Shown: in pieces, positions 53,155 to 64,000 of the stretch
Position numbering within the stretch: position 1 is the stretch's first letter
Layout: each line of letters opens with the position of its first letter
NCBI GenBank assembly: GCA_001643675.2
Contig: LSRY02000028.1
Coordinates: 496,001-560,000 of the forward strand
Origin: Monocercomonoides exilis PA203
Lineage: Eukaryota > Protista > Preaxostyla
Length of the DNA stretch: 64,000 nt
Direction: 5' to 3'
Translations under genes and position numbers: made by a program
The notes under the pieces: generated by a model
What the model saw: the letters and a program-made list of their open reading frames with translations, nothing else
What the model was told of the DNA's origin: nothing
The model's database searches: none

Positions 53155-53760
53155 TTAACCAAATTTACATTGTGAAAAGTCCATTTCTGGATGTGCTGCC
53201 ATAAACTTCTTTAACATTTCTTGCTTTTGCAATTCTTCACTTGTTGGAAGACCTTTTCTTTTAGCTTCCTGATCATACATCATTTTTTCAACGAGAGAAC
53301 GAGCTTCTGGATCTAGATCACTCAATTTAGATGTTTCTGGCTCAATTTTCGTTACATCAACTTCTTCAAACCCAACACAAGGGCTTTTCCACCATCTCTG
53401 ATCTCCACTTTTTTGAATGAACAGTGTCAGATTCTCTCTTTCTTCCAGTTGCCAGCTTGATTCGGACGGAATAACTGGCTCTGTAAAATCTGCATCAAGA
53501 ATTGGAGGTTGTCCTTTAACCGCAATAAAAAGATGTTTCGTTTCTATTTTGATATCCAATTGCTTGGGAGGAGTTCCTTTAGGCACTTTCATTTCCAAAG
53601 TCATATCTCGTAGTGTTTGAGTCCAAGTGTAAGGTGCTATGCATAATTTAAAAAAATTTCATTATTTTTTGTGAAATGAAAATGCAAACTCACCTTTCTT
53701 CAAAGAAGATGATACAGATGATGATGGAGATTCTGTGTTTTCAATTGGTGTTGCGGACAT
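53155..53760 (-). CDS. NUDC: NudC family CS/p23-domain co-chaperone, 2 exons
   Basis: 'YTWTQTL', 'SKLSDLDPEARSLVEKMMYDQ..GLPTSEE..LKKFMAAHPEMDFSQCKF'. One GTGAGT intron. Confidence 0.93.
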
Positions 53761-53841
53761 TCAAGAAAAGAATTGAAAACAAAAAAATTGAACAATAATG
53801 ATAGATCAAAATATCCCTTTGTTAAAAGCGTTTATTTCAAG

Positions 53842-55528
53842 ATGGCTCTGCTCATTGATAAATATCGACCAACAAACGCGGATCAATTAGATTTTAACGT
53901 ACCGCTAGCAAAAAGATTGCAGAAGATGGCTTCAGAAGGTGATTTCCCCCATTTATTATTTTATGGACCACCTGGATGTGGAAAAAAGACACGTGTCATG
54001 GTTTTACTTCGTTCTGTTTTTGGGCCTTCTATCGATAAGGTTTGATGAATAAACATTTCATTTTTTAAAGTTTTTCCCCCGATATATTGCATCTAATCCG
54101 CTTAGCTGGTTGTTGAAACGAGACAATTGAAAAAAGGAACATCTTCTTCTACTTTTGAAATCACGTTAATTTCTTCACCTCACCACATCGAAGTTAGCCC
54201 TTCAGATGCGGGAAGTGCAGATAGATTTGTTGTTATGGAGTTAATTAAAGAAGTTGCTCAATCGCTTCCTTTAGATGTTACAGAATCGACAGGATCCCAA
54301 GGGCTATTTTCTTCAATGCCAGCAGAAAAAGACAAAAATGCTATGGAAATTGATGGATCAGATAAATCTTCAAGCTCTACAACAACCACTACTGACTCAA
54401 AAGGATTATTCAAAAGTTTGAAACATTGATTATTTCAATATTATTGAATTTCATCACTTTTATTAAAATTACCTTCATTCTTATATACAATTGGGAAAAT
54501 ATTTTTATTTCATTTTTAAGTTGTTATTTTGTCTGGGGCAGATCTTTTGTCAAAACAAGCTCAACATGCGCTTAGGCGAACAATGGAAAAATACATGGCG
54601 ACGTGCAGACTTATTTTGATCTGCGAATCAACATCGAAGATTATTCCTCCACTGATTTCTCGTTGCCTGCTGATTCGATGCTCTGCTCCAACAGATGAAG
54701 AAATAGTATCGATTCTTCAGAAAGTCGGGGAAAGCGAATTTGGTGGAGGAAGCTCAAGCTTTTCTTCGTCTTCCACAAAAGGAGTTCCAGCAGTCTCACC
54801 TGAACTGGCAAAAAATATTGCACGTCAGAGTGAAGGCAATTTGCGTCGAGCGCTGCTGATGCTTGATGCATGCCGTGCTGTGAAAGGTGGAAGTCCTTCT
54901 GCTTCGTCTTCGCGAGGAGGCTCATCGGGGATTGTTCTCGAAGGATCGATGATGATTCCTGTTCCAGATTGGGAAGTGGCTGTCGAAGACATTGCGAAGT
55001 CGATTGCAGCGGAACAAAGTGCGAAACAGTGTGTCACCATTTTTGAAATATTAATTGCAATTTGTGTTCTTTCCGACTTTATGAATTCTTCATGAATAAC
55101 ATTTTTCTTTTTATAACTGTAGAGTTCTTGAAGTCCGGAAAAAACTTTATGAATTGCTTGTAAATTGCATTCCTGCAGATGTCATTATGCAACGCCTGAG
55201 CAGTAAATTATGGGAGCTGAGCGATGGCTCTATCAAAGATCAAATAGCTTACTGGGCTGGGTTCTTTGTATGAATTCATAATTAATGTTAAAAATACCTT
55301 TTATTATAAAAACTTATAATTTCCTTTAAAATCTTCTTTTTAATTCTTTCAATTATATAGGAGCATCGTTGTCAATTAGGTACGAAACCAATCATTCATA
55401 TTGAAGCATTTATCACAAAATATATGGCCATACAAAAAGCGTTTTTGCTTGGTGCATTTCCGCGTCGTACCATTGACCATCCTGCTTCTGATTCATTTAC
55501 ATCTTCACCATCTTCATTGCTTTCATAA
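53842..55528 (+). CDS. RFC3: Replication factor C 38-kDa subunit (human RFC3/yeast Rfc5), 5 exons
   Basis: 'DKYRP', 'FPHLLFYGPPGCGKKTR', 'AQHALRRTMEKY', 'SRC', 'GNLRRALLML', 'LYELLVNCIP' and 'EHRCQLGTKPIIHIEAF'. Confidence 0.95.
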
Positions 55529-55729
55529 GTTCGAAATTTGTTTTATTCAATTATCTCTCAATCTTTTCAGAAAAAATTTCACTTACATTGCCTTTAATTT
55601 TTCATTCACATCACAATTTTCACTTCAGCATAAAACACCTCATTTTCCAATCGAATAAATTCTAAATACTTCATAAATCAATTTTTATGTAATTAATGTT
55701 ATTTTAATGATCAACTGATCAAATTGGAT

Positions 55730-57191
55730 ATGGAATTGGAATTTCTCAATTCACACCTTGACGGAGATAATTTAACACTTGAGAATGTTGATAAATTGTT
55801 GGAAGAAGTCTCGCTAACAATTGCAACCATCGAACAGCAAGTATATTTGTTGAAATTTGTAATTTTTAACAAAACGCTTTTATTTTACAACATTATTTTG
55901 AATGTTCTTAGAAAAAGGAAGCTGACGAAAAAAAAATTAGAGAAGAAGAAGAACGAAAGAAGCAGGTTGACGCAATTGGAAAAGAGATTTTGAAAATAAT
56001 GTTTGAAAACAAAAGATTTTTGACATATAATTTTTTCAATAAACATTGTTAGCGATTCCATTAAGCAGCGAAATAATTCTGAAGAATTTTCTGAGCGAGT
56101 TACAGCACTAGATTTTCTCGTACAGCTAAATGTTCAACTTCAGAAACTTATTGAGTATTCGCCGGATTCTCCTCTCATTTCAAGCAGTAAAGAATCACTC
56201 ATAACATTAGGAAATTCCATGCTAAAAAGATATTCTGAGTTTGAAAAATTATCTATTATTTGAATGTCATACGTTTATTCTTTTTTCAGAGACTTTCGGC
56301 ATTTATTGAGACGAGCACGTTATCCAAATAATCCAATGATGTTGACTGAAAATATAAATGCAAACACTAAGTCATCAAACATACAATCAGCAAAGAATAA
56401 ATCGATAAAATCTAAGACAAAAGAATCAATTTCGTCAATAGCTGTTAATAGTCCATCAGAAGATGAAAGCGCTTTGAGAAAAAGAACAAAAACACCCAAG
56501 AGAATGCGCTCTGGAAAACACGAAAAAGAAGAATCAGAATCTGATACAGAAGATGAAGAAGAACACAAAAGCAAACTGAAAGAGAAAAAAGAGAAGGCGA
56601 AGGATTCATCTAAAGCAAAACATAAACCACTTAAATTAAAGGAGAAGGATTCAGAGAATGAGGAGGAAGAAGAAGATGAATCATCTAACTTGTCCGAAAA
56701 CGAAAGCGAAGGCGATGAAGATGAAGATGAAGATGAAAGCAATATCCACTCAGGTGCTCAAGCACAACAAGAATCTTTGTCCATTGCACTTCAGAAAAGT
56801 CTTCATCTCCTTTCTCTTATTCTTCTTAAAGTTCAGGTAATCATCTCGCAAGCCAATTCAATTTCTATTCCACCTCATTTTTCTATCAACTCTTCTGCTT
56901 CTTCTGCTTCTTCTGCTTCTTCTTCTTCTTCCTCTCAATTCAAAGATGAAAATCAATCACCTTTCCAATTCTCAGAGCTGTCCAAACCTTTCCTTTCTTC
57001 CTCTCTTCCTCTGCCAATTGCGCTGCTTGCAGAGCCGCTGATTGATCGAACAATATTTTTCTTCTGTGCCGATGATCCAACATCCACAAAAACAGACAAC
57101 AGAAACGAAGAAGAAGAAGAGGAAGAAGAATCATCTCTGCTTGAAGGAATCGATCTTCCACCTCATCTCAAAAAAACAAAGCAAACTTCAA

Positions 57192-57231
<40 letters not shown>

Positions 57232-60087
57232 TTCTTCTTCTTCTTCTTCTTCTTCTTCCACATCTTCTTCATCATCTTCCGCTCTCCCGTCCAACGACCA
57301 CACCCATTTCACCAGAGCTCCCGATCATCCAGAATTGATGATGCAGCAAACACTGCAGATTCTGAAGAAGATACGTCCGCTGCTTGTTGGGGAGATGACT
57401 GATATTTTAAAAGAAGCTAAACAAGCACAGACAAAGAAGCAAGAACAAAGTCCAAAGAAAACAATGCAATCAAATTCGTTTGATTTCACTTGCGATGCTT
57501 GGGTTTGTGTTCTATCATTCAAGTTCTGCTTATGTAGAAGTTATTTATCTTTTTGCCTTTCCTCTTTTCATGAATAATATAATTGTTTTGTTATGTTTTT
57601 ATTGAACCCAAACAAAACCAGACACTTCTCGTTTCGCTTGTCCTCAGCCCGATCAAGCAGCGGCTGAACCAAGTTCTATCTGTCCTTTTAAAGCGAACAG
57701 GGGTTCTTGTGCAGTCTTCGCCAGATTCAACCCCAGCCCCTTCTTCGCTGGACGATGCGGCCAGCGTCTCTGAAGAAGACGAGTTTGTTCTTCAGATCAC
57801 AGCGCCGCTGCAGATGGCCTCATTCATCAGCAGCCAGGCCACGCTCACCCGCTTTTTTGCAGAATACACACAGCAGGAAGCAATGGGCCTTGCCATCAAC
57901 ATCGTGGCTGAAATGTTCGACTTCGAGCGGAAGCTGAACGAAGAGCTAGGAATATCTCACACAATGATTGATGATGCCACCACGGCAATGGTTGCTTCCT
58001 CGCCATCTGGATTGTCAGCGCTGTTTGGCACTCCCTCAACCACACCTTACTCGTCGCCTCTTCCGTCTCCTGCTTCATCTCCCGCTTTTCCTCTTGCAAC
58101 ACAAAACATTCCTTCAACAAACCCTTCTGCATCTTCGCTTTCTGTTCTTTCTGTGCTTTCTTCCTCCCCAGCCCTGTTTGGCGCGTGGATGATGATTGTG
58201 AAGCAGCGGCTCTTTGAGCGCGAGAACGCGATCTTCAAAGACCCGCTCTATCTGTGCCCCGGGTGCGACATCCTGGTTGATCCGTACCGCACTGCGAAGT
58301 TTGCTGTGGAGTGGCAGATTATGTGGACAGACGGCTGCTGCGCGGTGCTGCGGGAGCTTCCGTCGTTCGACTCGCAGCGGGTGTTTGTGCGGTCGATCCT
58401 CCAGCCGCTCCTCAGCCGCTTGCAGAAGCGGTGCACGTATCTCGTCAGGCACATGGCTGTGACTATGCCGAAGGGAGCGAAGCAGCGCTCAGATGTGGAC
58501 AACGAGATGGCGCTGCGGACAGCGTTTGGGGCAGTCCCGTCACTTGTCGAATACCCTTCGACTGTACCAAAGAGACACATGTCTTCAGAGTCTGCTTCTT
58601 CTTCTTCGTCTTCTCCGTCTGAGTTGTGCTTTGTGCCGCAGTTGAGCTCACTGTCGGCGTTCAACTCGTCAAAAATCTCGTTTTCTCCTCTGTTGTATTC
58701 GCCCATCAGATCTCCTTCTGCTTTTCTGTCACACGCCACTGCACCACCGCTGCATATGGCGAATAAGCTCAATCGCGATGCTATCATCCTCCCAAACACA
58801 CTTCAAATGCTGTGTGACTGCATCACTCGGACTGGAAACGAACCAGTATGAAGATTTTGAGTTGTTTTATGTGGCATTCTTATTAATGTTTATTGTTATT
58901 TTAAACTTTCATTCTATTAAACTTTGTTTTATTACTTTAGCATCTTTTGTCTATTGCATCGTCTTTTGGTTCGAGAAGCGCAGCACAATCACAAAATATC
59001 TTTGGAAAGTGGCTGTACTCGTTGGAAGAGCTGAAGCGAACAGCAATCAATGCAATCTGCACGAATGTTGTAGACACGTTCACACAGACTATCGACGGCT
59101 ACAAAGCGAAAAGGTGCGAAATTGGATTATACCATAAATGATTTGAAGAATGTGTTTTCTTTTTTTTTTTCTTTCTTTCTTTTTTTTCTTTCTTTTTCTT
59201 TTTCTTTCTTTCTTTTTCTTTTTTTCTTTTTTTCTTTTTTTCTTTTTTTCTTTCTTTTTTTTCTTTTTTTCTTTCTTTCTTTTTCTTTTTCTTTTTCTTT
59301 CTTTCTTTCTTTCTTTTTTCTTTTTACATTATTTCTTCGAAATTACAAACACGGTTCACATTTGGGATTGTTTTCTTCAGTCCTCTTTTCACAGGAATTG
59401 CTGTTCCACAAAAAGCAATGAACGAAGTGGCCCAAGAAGTGTGCTTATTCTCTTTGTTTATGCAAAATATTTTAAAAAATTAAAATATCCTTTTTTTTCC
59501 CTTTCGTAATTAGCTTTCTGTTGGAATGTCAACATTGACAGAATCATTCCAGCTGCTCAAGGGATATCTTTATCCATCACTCCTGAAGCTCTTTTGGACA
59601 ACCGTTGCATCTTTGATTGACGAATCTTGTTTGCAAAATTTATATTTATTTTTAAAAAGATTATTCTTGAAATTTCATTTGAAATGCTTGTCTTACTTCG
59701 CTATTTTTTTTTCCTTATTTAAAGGGATAAAATTCCTTACAACACGACGAGATCTTTACCTCAGTGCAACTGGTGCAACAAAGTTCATGAACGATTTCAT
59801 GGCTGTTTCAAGCACATTTTTACCATTTACACAGAATCCAATGAACTTGTTTCCAAAGTATATAACTCTCTATTTTTATTTGAGAAATTATTGTTTGCCT
59901 AATTATTCCTTCTTTTATTTTTAGAGTATCAGACGCATTGACTTTGCTGACCACACAATACTCCCTTCTTGTTTCATTTCCAAAACAAAGTCAACAGTTT
60001 AAAGAGAGAACACTCGATGACTTAGGAATTACCAATATCACTGTTGCAGAAGCTGAAAAAATTGCAGCAAGGAGAAATGCAAATTGA
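55730..60087 (+). CDS. RINT1/Tip20 family (Dsl1/NRZ tethering complex) protein, multi-exon
   Basis: N-terminal coiled coil; 'LPSFDSQRVFVRSILQPLL', 'LFWTTVASLIDE' and 'LSATGATKFMNDF..F..FTQNPMNLFP.VSDALTLL' resemble RINT1/Tip20. About 9 introns; stop TGA at 60085-60087. Confidence 0.65.
59155..59325. repeat. Intronic T/TTTC microsatellite
   Basis: Pyrimidine-only simple repeat inside an intron. Confidence 0.9.
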
Positions 60088-60290
60088 AAACAATATTTTA
60101 CGTTTTATTTGCGTTTAGGTATTATTTGTTGATTTTTAGTTTTATTAAAATGAATTTATAATAGTCGAATTTGGAGTTGTTTTGATGTCTTTATCCATTT
60201 CCATGTAAAAGAAACAACACAACCCAAATAATCCAAAATCACACAATTCCAATTAAACAAACATTTTGTAAAACACTTAGAAATTAAACT

Positions 60291-60921
60291 TCAAGGCCTA
60301 GAAAAGCAAGGAAGGCTTCGAAGCTTTTCATCAAGCAATTCTTCAAATTTAATACAACGAATGTATTCTCCAGGTGTGTAGAAAGGATTCTTCATGACAT
60401 ATTCTACATAAAGATTACTGAATAATGCATGTTAACATCATTCAAAATATAAAAAAAATTGCATACGAATAAATGTACATTAAATCACCTCTCAAATCTT
60501 TTGTTGTAGAATCAGTACAAACAACAAAACGAACTCCTGGAAGCGTCTCGTAACAATGAATTTTATATTCTTTAGTGCTAAAATCATGATATTAAAAAAT
60601 TGATTCTCATTTTTAAATTTCAACAGCATACCTATAACAATGAAGTGAAGTGTGAGGAAATGTTGAGCTGAAACAAAAAAATTTAAGAGGAAATTAATAA
60701 TTACAACATTTTGTATTTATGAAAGGATTATGAACAAATGAAGCTCCATACGCTCGAGGATTTATCTCGGAAGTCAGAAATTTCAGATTCATCAGTAAAC
60801 CAATTAAAAGTTTCCAACTACTTGTCGACGTCTGCGGAACAGTAGCAGTAATTTGAGGATACTCTTTTGAGTATATGCACTCTCCTTGAGGAGAGAAAAT
60901 AAAAAAAGAAAATAGAGGCAT
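60291..60921 (-). CDS. TRAPPC1: TRAPP complex subunit Bet5/TRAPPC1 (sybindin-like longin), 4 exons
   Basis: 'LFSFFIFSPQGECIY', 'KLLIGLLMNLK', 'YKIHCYETLPGVRFVVCTD' and 'YVEYVMKNPF'. Confidence 0.85.
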
Positions 60922-60994
60922 CTTTCGAACTCTTCTAAAGGGTTATGAATAATTTGTTATTACTTAGATCAATTTGAGAAAAACTTGTCACTTT

Positions 60995-63284
60995 ATGTCA
61001 ACAAAAGGGAAAAAAAGTCCGTCAACATCTTCACAACCCCAAGCTATTCCTCCAAGAGATCTTTCTGCTGTTATGAAAAGCAGATTTTTTGTTGTGCCGA
61101 GCTTCGAAATATATGGAGGTTTTTAAATTTGAGAAATATTTCTTTTTTTAAAAGTTGCCATCTTCAGGAAAGGCTGGATTGTTCGATCTTGGACCACCAA
61201 TGGCAACATTTGAACAGAATATTCTTCAAGCGTGGCGTCGACATTTCATCCATACCGAAAGAATGCTTGAAATTTCTTGCACAAATGTTACTCCTTACAA
61301 AGTTCTTAAAACAAGTGGTCACGTTGACAAATTTCAAGATATCATGGTCCTTGATCCAGTAACAGGAGAGGCACACAGAGCTGACCATCTTCTGGAACAT
61401 TTTGCTGATAAAGAATTGGCGTCCAATCCAGATATGCCGGCAGAAATGAAAGCAGAATTACTCCGACTTAAAATCCAAGCTGAAAGCATGACAGAAGAAC
61501 AGATTCAAGAATCAATCGAAAAATTCAAAATTCTGTCTCCTGCTGGCAATAAATTGGACAAACCTCATCCTTTTAACCTCATGTTCGAAACAAAGATCGG
61601 ACCAACTGGAAAAGATCCAGCGTTTGCACTTTTTTATTGAAACATGAGCGCGTCCTTTAAAGACTAAATTTAATTCATTTATTGTTTTGTATTTCATATT
61701 AGATTTTTGCGTCCTGAGATAGCTCAGGGTATGTTCATGAACTACAAAAACTGTTACGATTATTGCAATGGCAAGCTTCCAATTGCTGCAGCTCAAATGG
61801 GGAAAGCGTTTAGAAATGAAATTTCTCCACAAGGCGGGCTTTTCAGATTGAGAGAATTCACACTGGCTGAGATTGAGCATTTCTATGATCCTGAGGAAAC
61901 ATCTCACCCCCGTTTTGCCAATGTTGCCAATGTTAAGGTTCGTCTGCTTCCTCGCGAAGAGCAGGAAAAGGGAAACTTGACTCCAATTGTGATGACAATT
62001 GAAGAAGCACACAGGGGACGAAAATGCACATGCTCCGAAACCTGTGACTGCTCATGCCATGCTTCGTCTTCTTCCTCGTCTTCTTCTGCATCATCTTCAT
62101 CACCATGCTGCTCAGAAGGCTGCTCGTGCACTCGTCCAGTGATTGTCAACGAGACGCTTGCTTATTTCCTTGGCCGGACGCAACTGTTTTTGGAGTCCGT
62201 TGGGCTGAAGCCAGAGAAGATTCGCTTCAGACAACATCTGCTCAAACAGATGGCACATTATGCACGCGACTGCTGGGATGCAGAAGCGTTGACAGAGGAA
62301 ATAGAAGAAGAAGAGAACGAGCAACCAGCCGGGAAGAAGAAGGACTCCAAAAAGGAAGGGAAAAAAGATAAGAACGAGAAGGCAGAAAGCACGCCGACTG
62401 CTGCAAGAACCGAAGAGTGGACTGAAATTGTGGGAATTGCGGATCGTTCCTGCTACGATCTCAGAGTGCACAGCGCTGCGTCAGGAAAGCCTTTGATTGC
62501 GCAGAGAAAGCTGAAGGCACCAAAGACTGTGATAAATGCTGTGCCAAACAAACAGGTGATTGGGAAGGAGCTGAAGCAGAAAGGAAAAGCAGTGATGGAA
62601 TATATTGAGAAAATGAGCGAAGAAGAAGTGTTGGCCATGAGAAAGGCTCTTCACATGGAAGACACAGAAAAAGCTGCAACAGAAAAAGCAGAAGAAGCGC
62701 CATTTGTCGTCATCAAGCCGTTTCCGGATGCTCCAAACGAGGAAGTGAAAATCACACAGCAATTGGTGTCATTCAAGACGTCCATCGTTCATGTGGAGAA
62801 CTTCCTTCCGTATGTGATTGAGCCATCATTTGGTATCTCTCGTATCATTTCAGCAATCATCAGCCAGAACTTCTCGACTCGCCCAACCGACAGTCAACGT
62901 GCAGTCATTTCCTTCCCTCCAAAAGTTGCACCTTATGCAGCAGTTGTGTATGCTCTGCAGTCTGATGAAAAACTGAGAGCTAAAGCAGCAGCAGTGGAGG
63001 ACTCGCTGGAGGTGCCGTTGTTCACTGACCCGTCGACTGTATCGATCGGAAAGCGGTATGCGCGTGCAGACGAGGTCGGTGTAGCGTTTGCAGTGACTGT
63101 GGACTACACGACACTGGAGGACAACACAGTCACAATTCGTGAGAGAGACTCGATGCAGCAATGCAGAGTTCCGAGTGCTGAGCTGCCCCATCTCATTTCC
63201 TCGCTGATCAATGGAACTGAAACATGGGCCCAACTTACATCAAAATATCCACTTGTCGAAGTGAAGGAGGAAGATGATGATTAA
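60995..63284 (+). CDS. GARS1: Glycyl-tRNA synthetase (alpha2, eukaryote/archaeal type), 3 exons
   Basis: 'SFEIYGG', 'LKTSGHVDKF', 'FNLMFET.IGP', 'FRNEISP..GLFRLREF', 'MAHYARDCWD', 'VIEPSFGI.R' and 'IGKRYARADEVG'. Confidence 0.97.
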
Positions 63285-63416
63285 CTAATCATCAGTGCCT
63301 TCTACATTTAGTTTATTTTTGTAACTTGTTCTATTTTTTGAACATTTCTTTCTTTCTTCTCTTTATCTAATTACATAAAAGTCAAATTTCTTGCATTATT
63401 TTTTACTCTTGATTTA

Positions 63417-64000
63417 TCATTTTTTATTGTTGATGAATATGGGTGATACTAAAGAGATCTTGATTTTTTTTTTTGACTGATTTGATGAATAAAGTGAAAT
63501 GATAAAAAAGAGTGTTTGAAATACAGAGTTGAAAACAGAAGCCTGGATAGAACAAGAAGCAACGAATATTAAACAATAACGCCTAATAAATTTCTCTGGA
63601 ATATACAGCATGCTGCCTCTTTTGCTTTTCTTCATTCTCTTTTGGAATTCTGAACATAGACAGAAATTTAAGTTAGAAAATTTCAATATTTAAAAAAAGG
63701 ACAAAAATAATCAAACATATATCGTTTGGGCTCTCCTAAAGCACGACCAGTTTGCGAATTAATGTCTTTAAACTTTCCGTCCAATTCTTGTCTTCCGTCA
63801 TAAATATTTTTCTGTCTTGGATTTTCTATATTTATTTCGGATTTTGATGGAGAATGATTCATGCGCTTTGAATAATCATTCATCATTGAATCCGCTTCGT
63901 TTCGTGCAAAATTATGTCCATTTGCAACTTTTGATATATCAATATTTGTAGCGCGGGGTGATTTCTGGTTATATAGCTGTTCAACATCGAACTTGCTCCG
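63417..64000 (-). CDS. 3' part of a hypothetical multi-exon gene extending beyond the window
   Basis: Open frame from the window edge through 63720, followed by intron-like and short exon-like segments. The true stop is uncertain. Confidence 0.4.

Noticed and set aside
59122-59509. Phe-rich ORFs here and at 20793-21083
   Set aside because: Translations of intronic or intergenic microsatellites.
4109-63284. Functional clustering of tRNA-related genes (endonuclease, ProRS, tRNA-Gly, GlyRS)
   Set aside because: Apart from the endonuclease/ProRS neighbours they are tens of kb apart among unrelated housekeeping genes; compatible with chance.
1-64000. Host-wide alternative genetic code (TAA/TAG = Gln)
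   Set aside because: Conserved genes (ProRS, SF3A3, NudC, GlyRS) end in TAA at the expected C-termini and have no internal TAR codons in exons.

Overview
Gene-dense, AT-rich, intron-rich eukaryotic (protist) genomic DNA. It uses the standard genetic code and has short GT-AG introns with a GTTTG-type donor. Poly-Ser and low-complexity insertions occur throughout otherwise conserved proteins. This style, plus flagellar genes and an archaeal-type ProRS, is most consistent with an oxymonad/metamonad such as Monocercomonoides (inference). About 20 protein genes are recognisable: DDX42-like tail, two SPRY proteins, tRNA-splicing endonuclease, ProRS, ZMYND12, BBS7, ASH2L, SMC4, SF3A3, GINS Psf3, NudC, RFC3, RINT1/Tip20, TRAPPC1, GlyRS and several unknowns. 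Many are in very tight head-to-head pairs. There is one tRNA-Gly(CCC). Between ~39.8 and ~53.1 kb lies a mobile-element island. It holds a decayed kinase-like gene bracketed by ~140-bp inverted repeats, and a fully delimited 7.4-kb hAT transposon (14-bp TIRs, perfect 8-bp TSD) carrying an intron-containing transposase with two in-frame TAA codons plus a second, convergent decayed gene. Exon boundaries were read by eye and are approximate.
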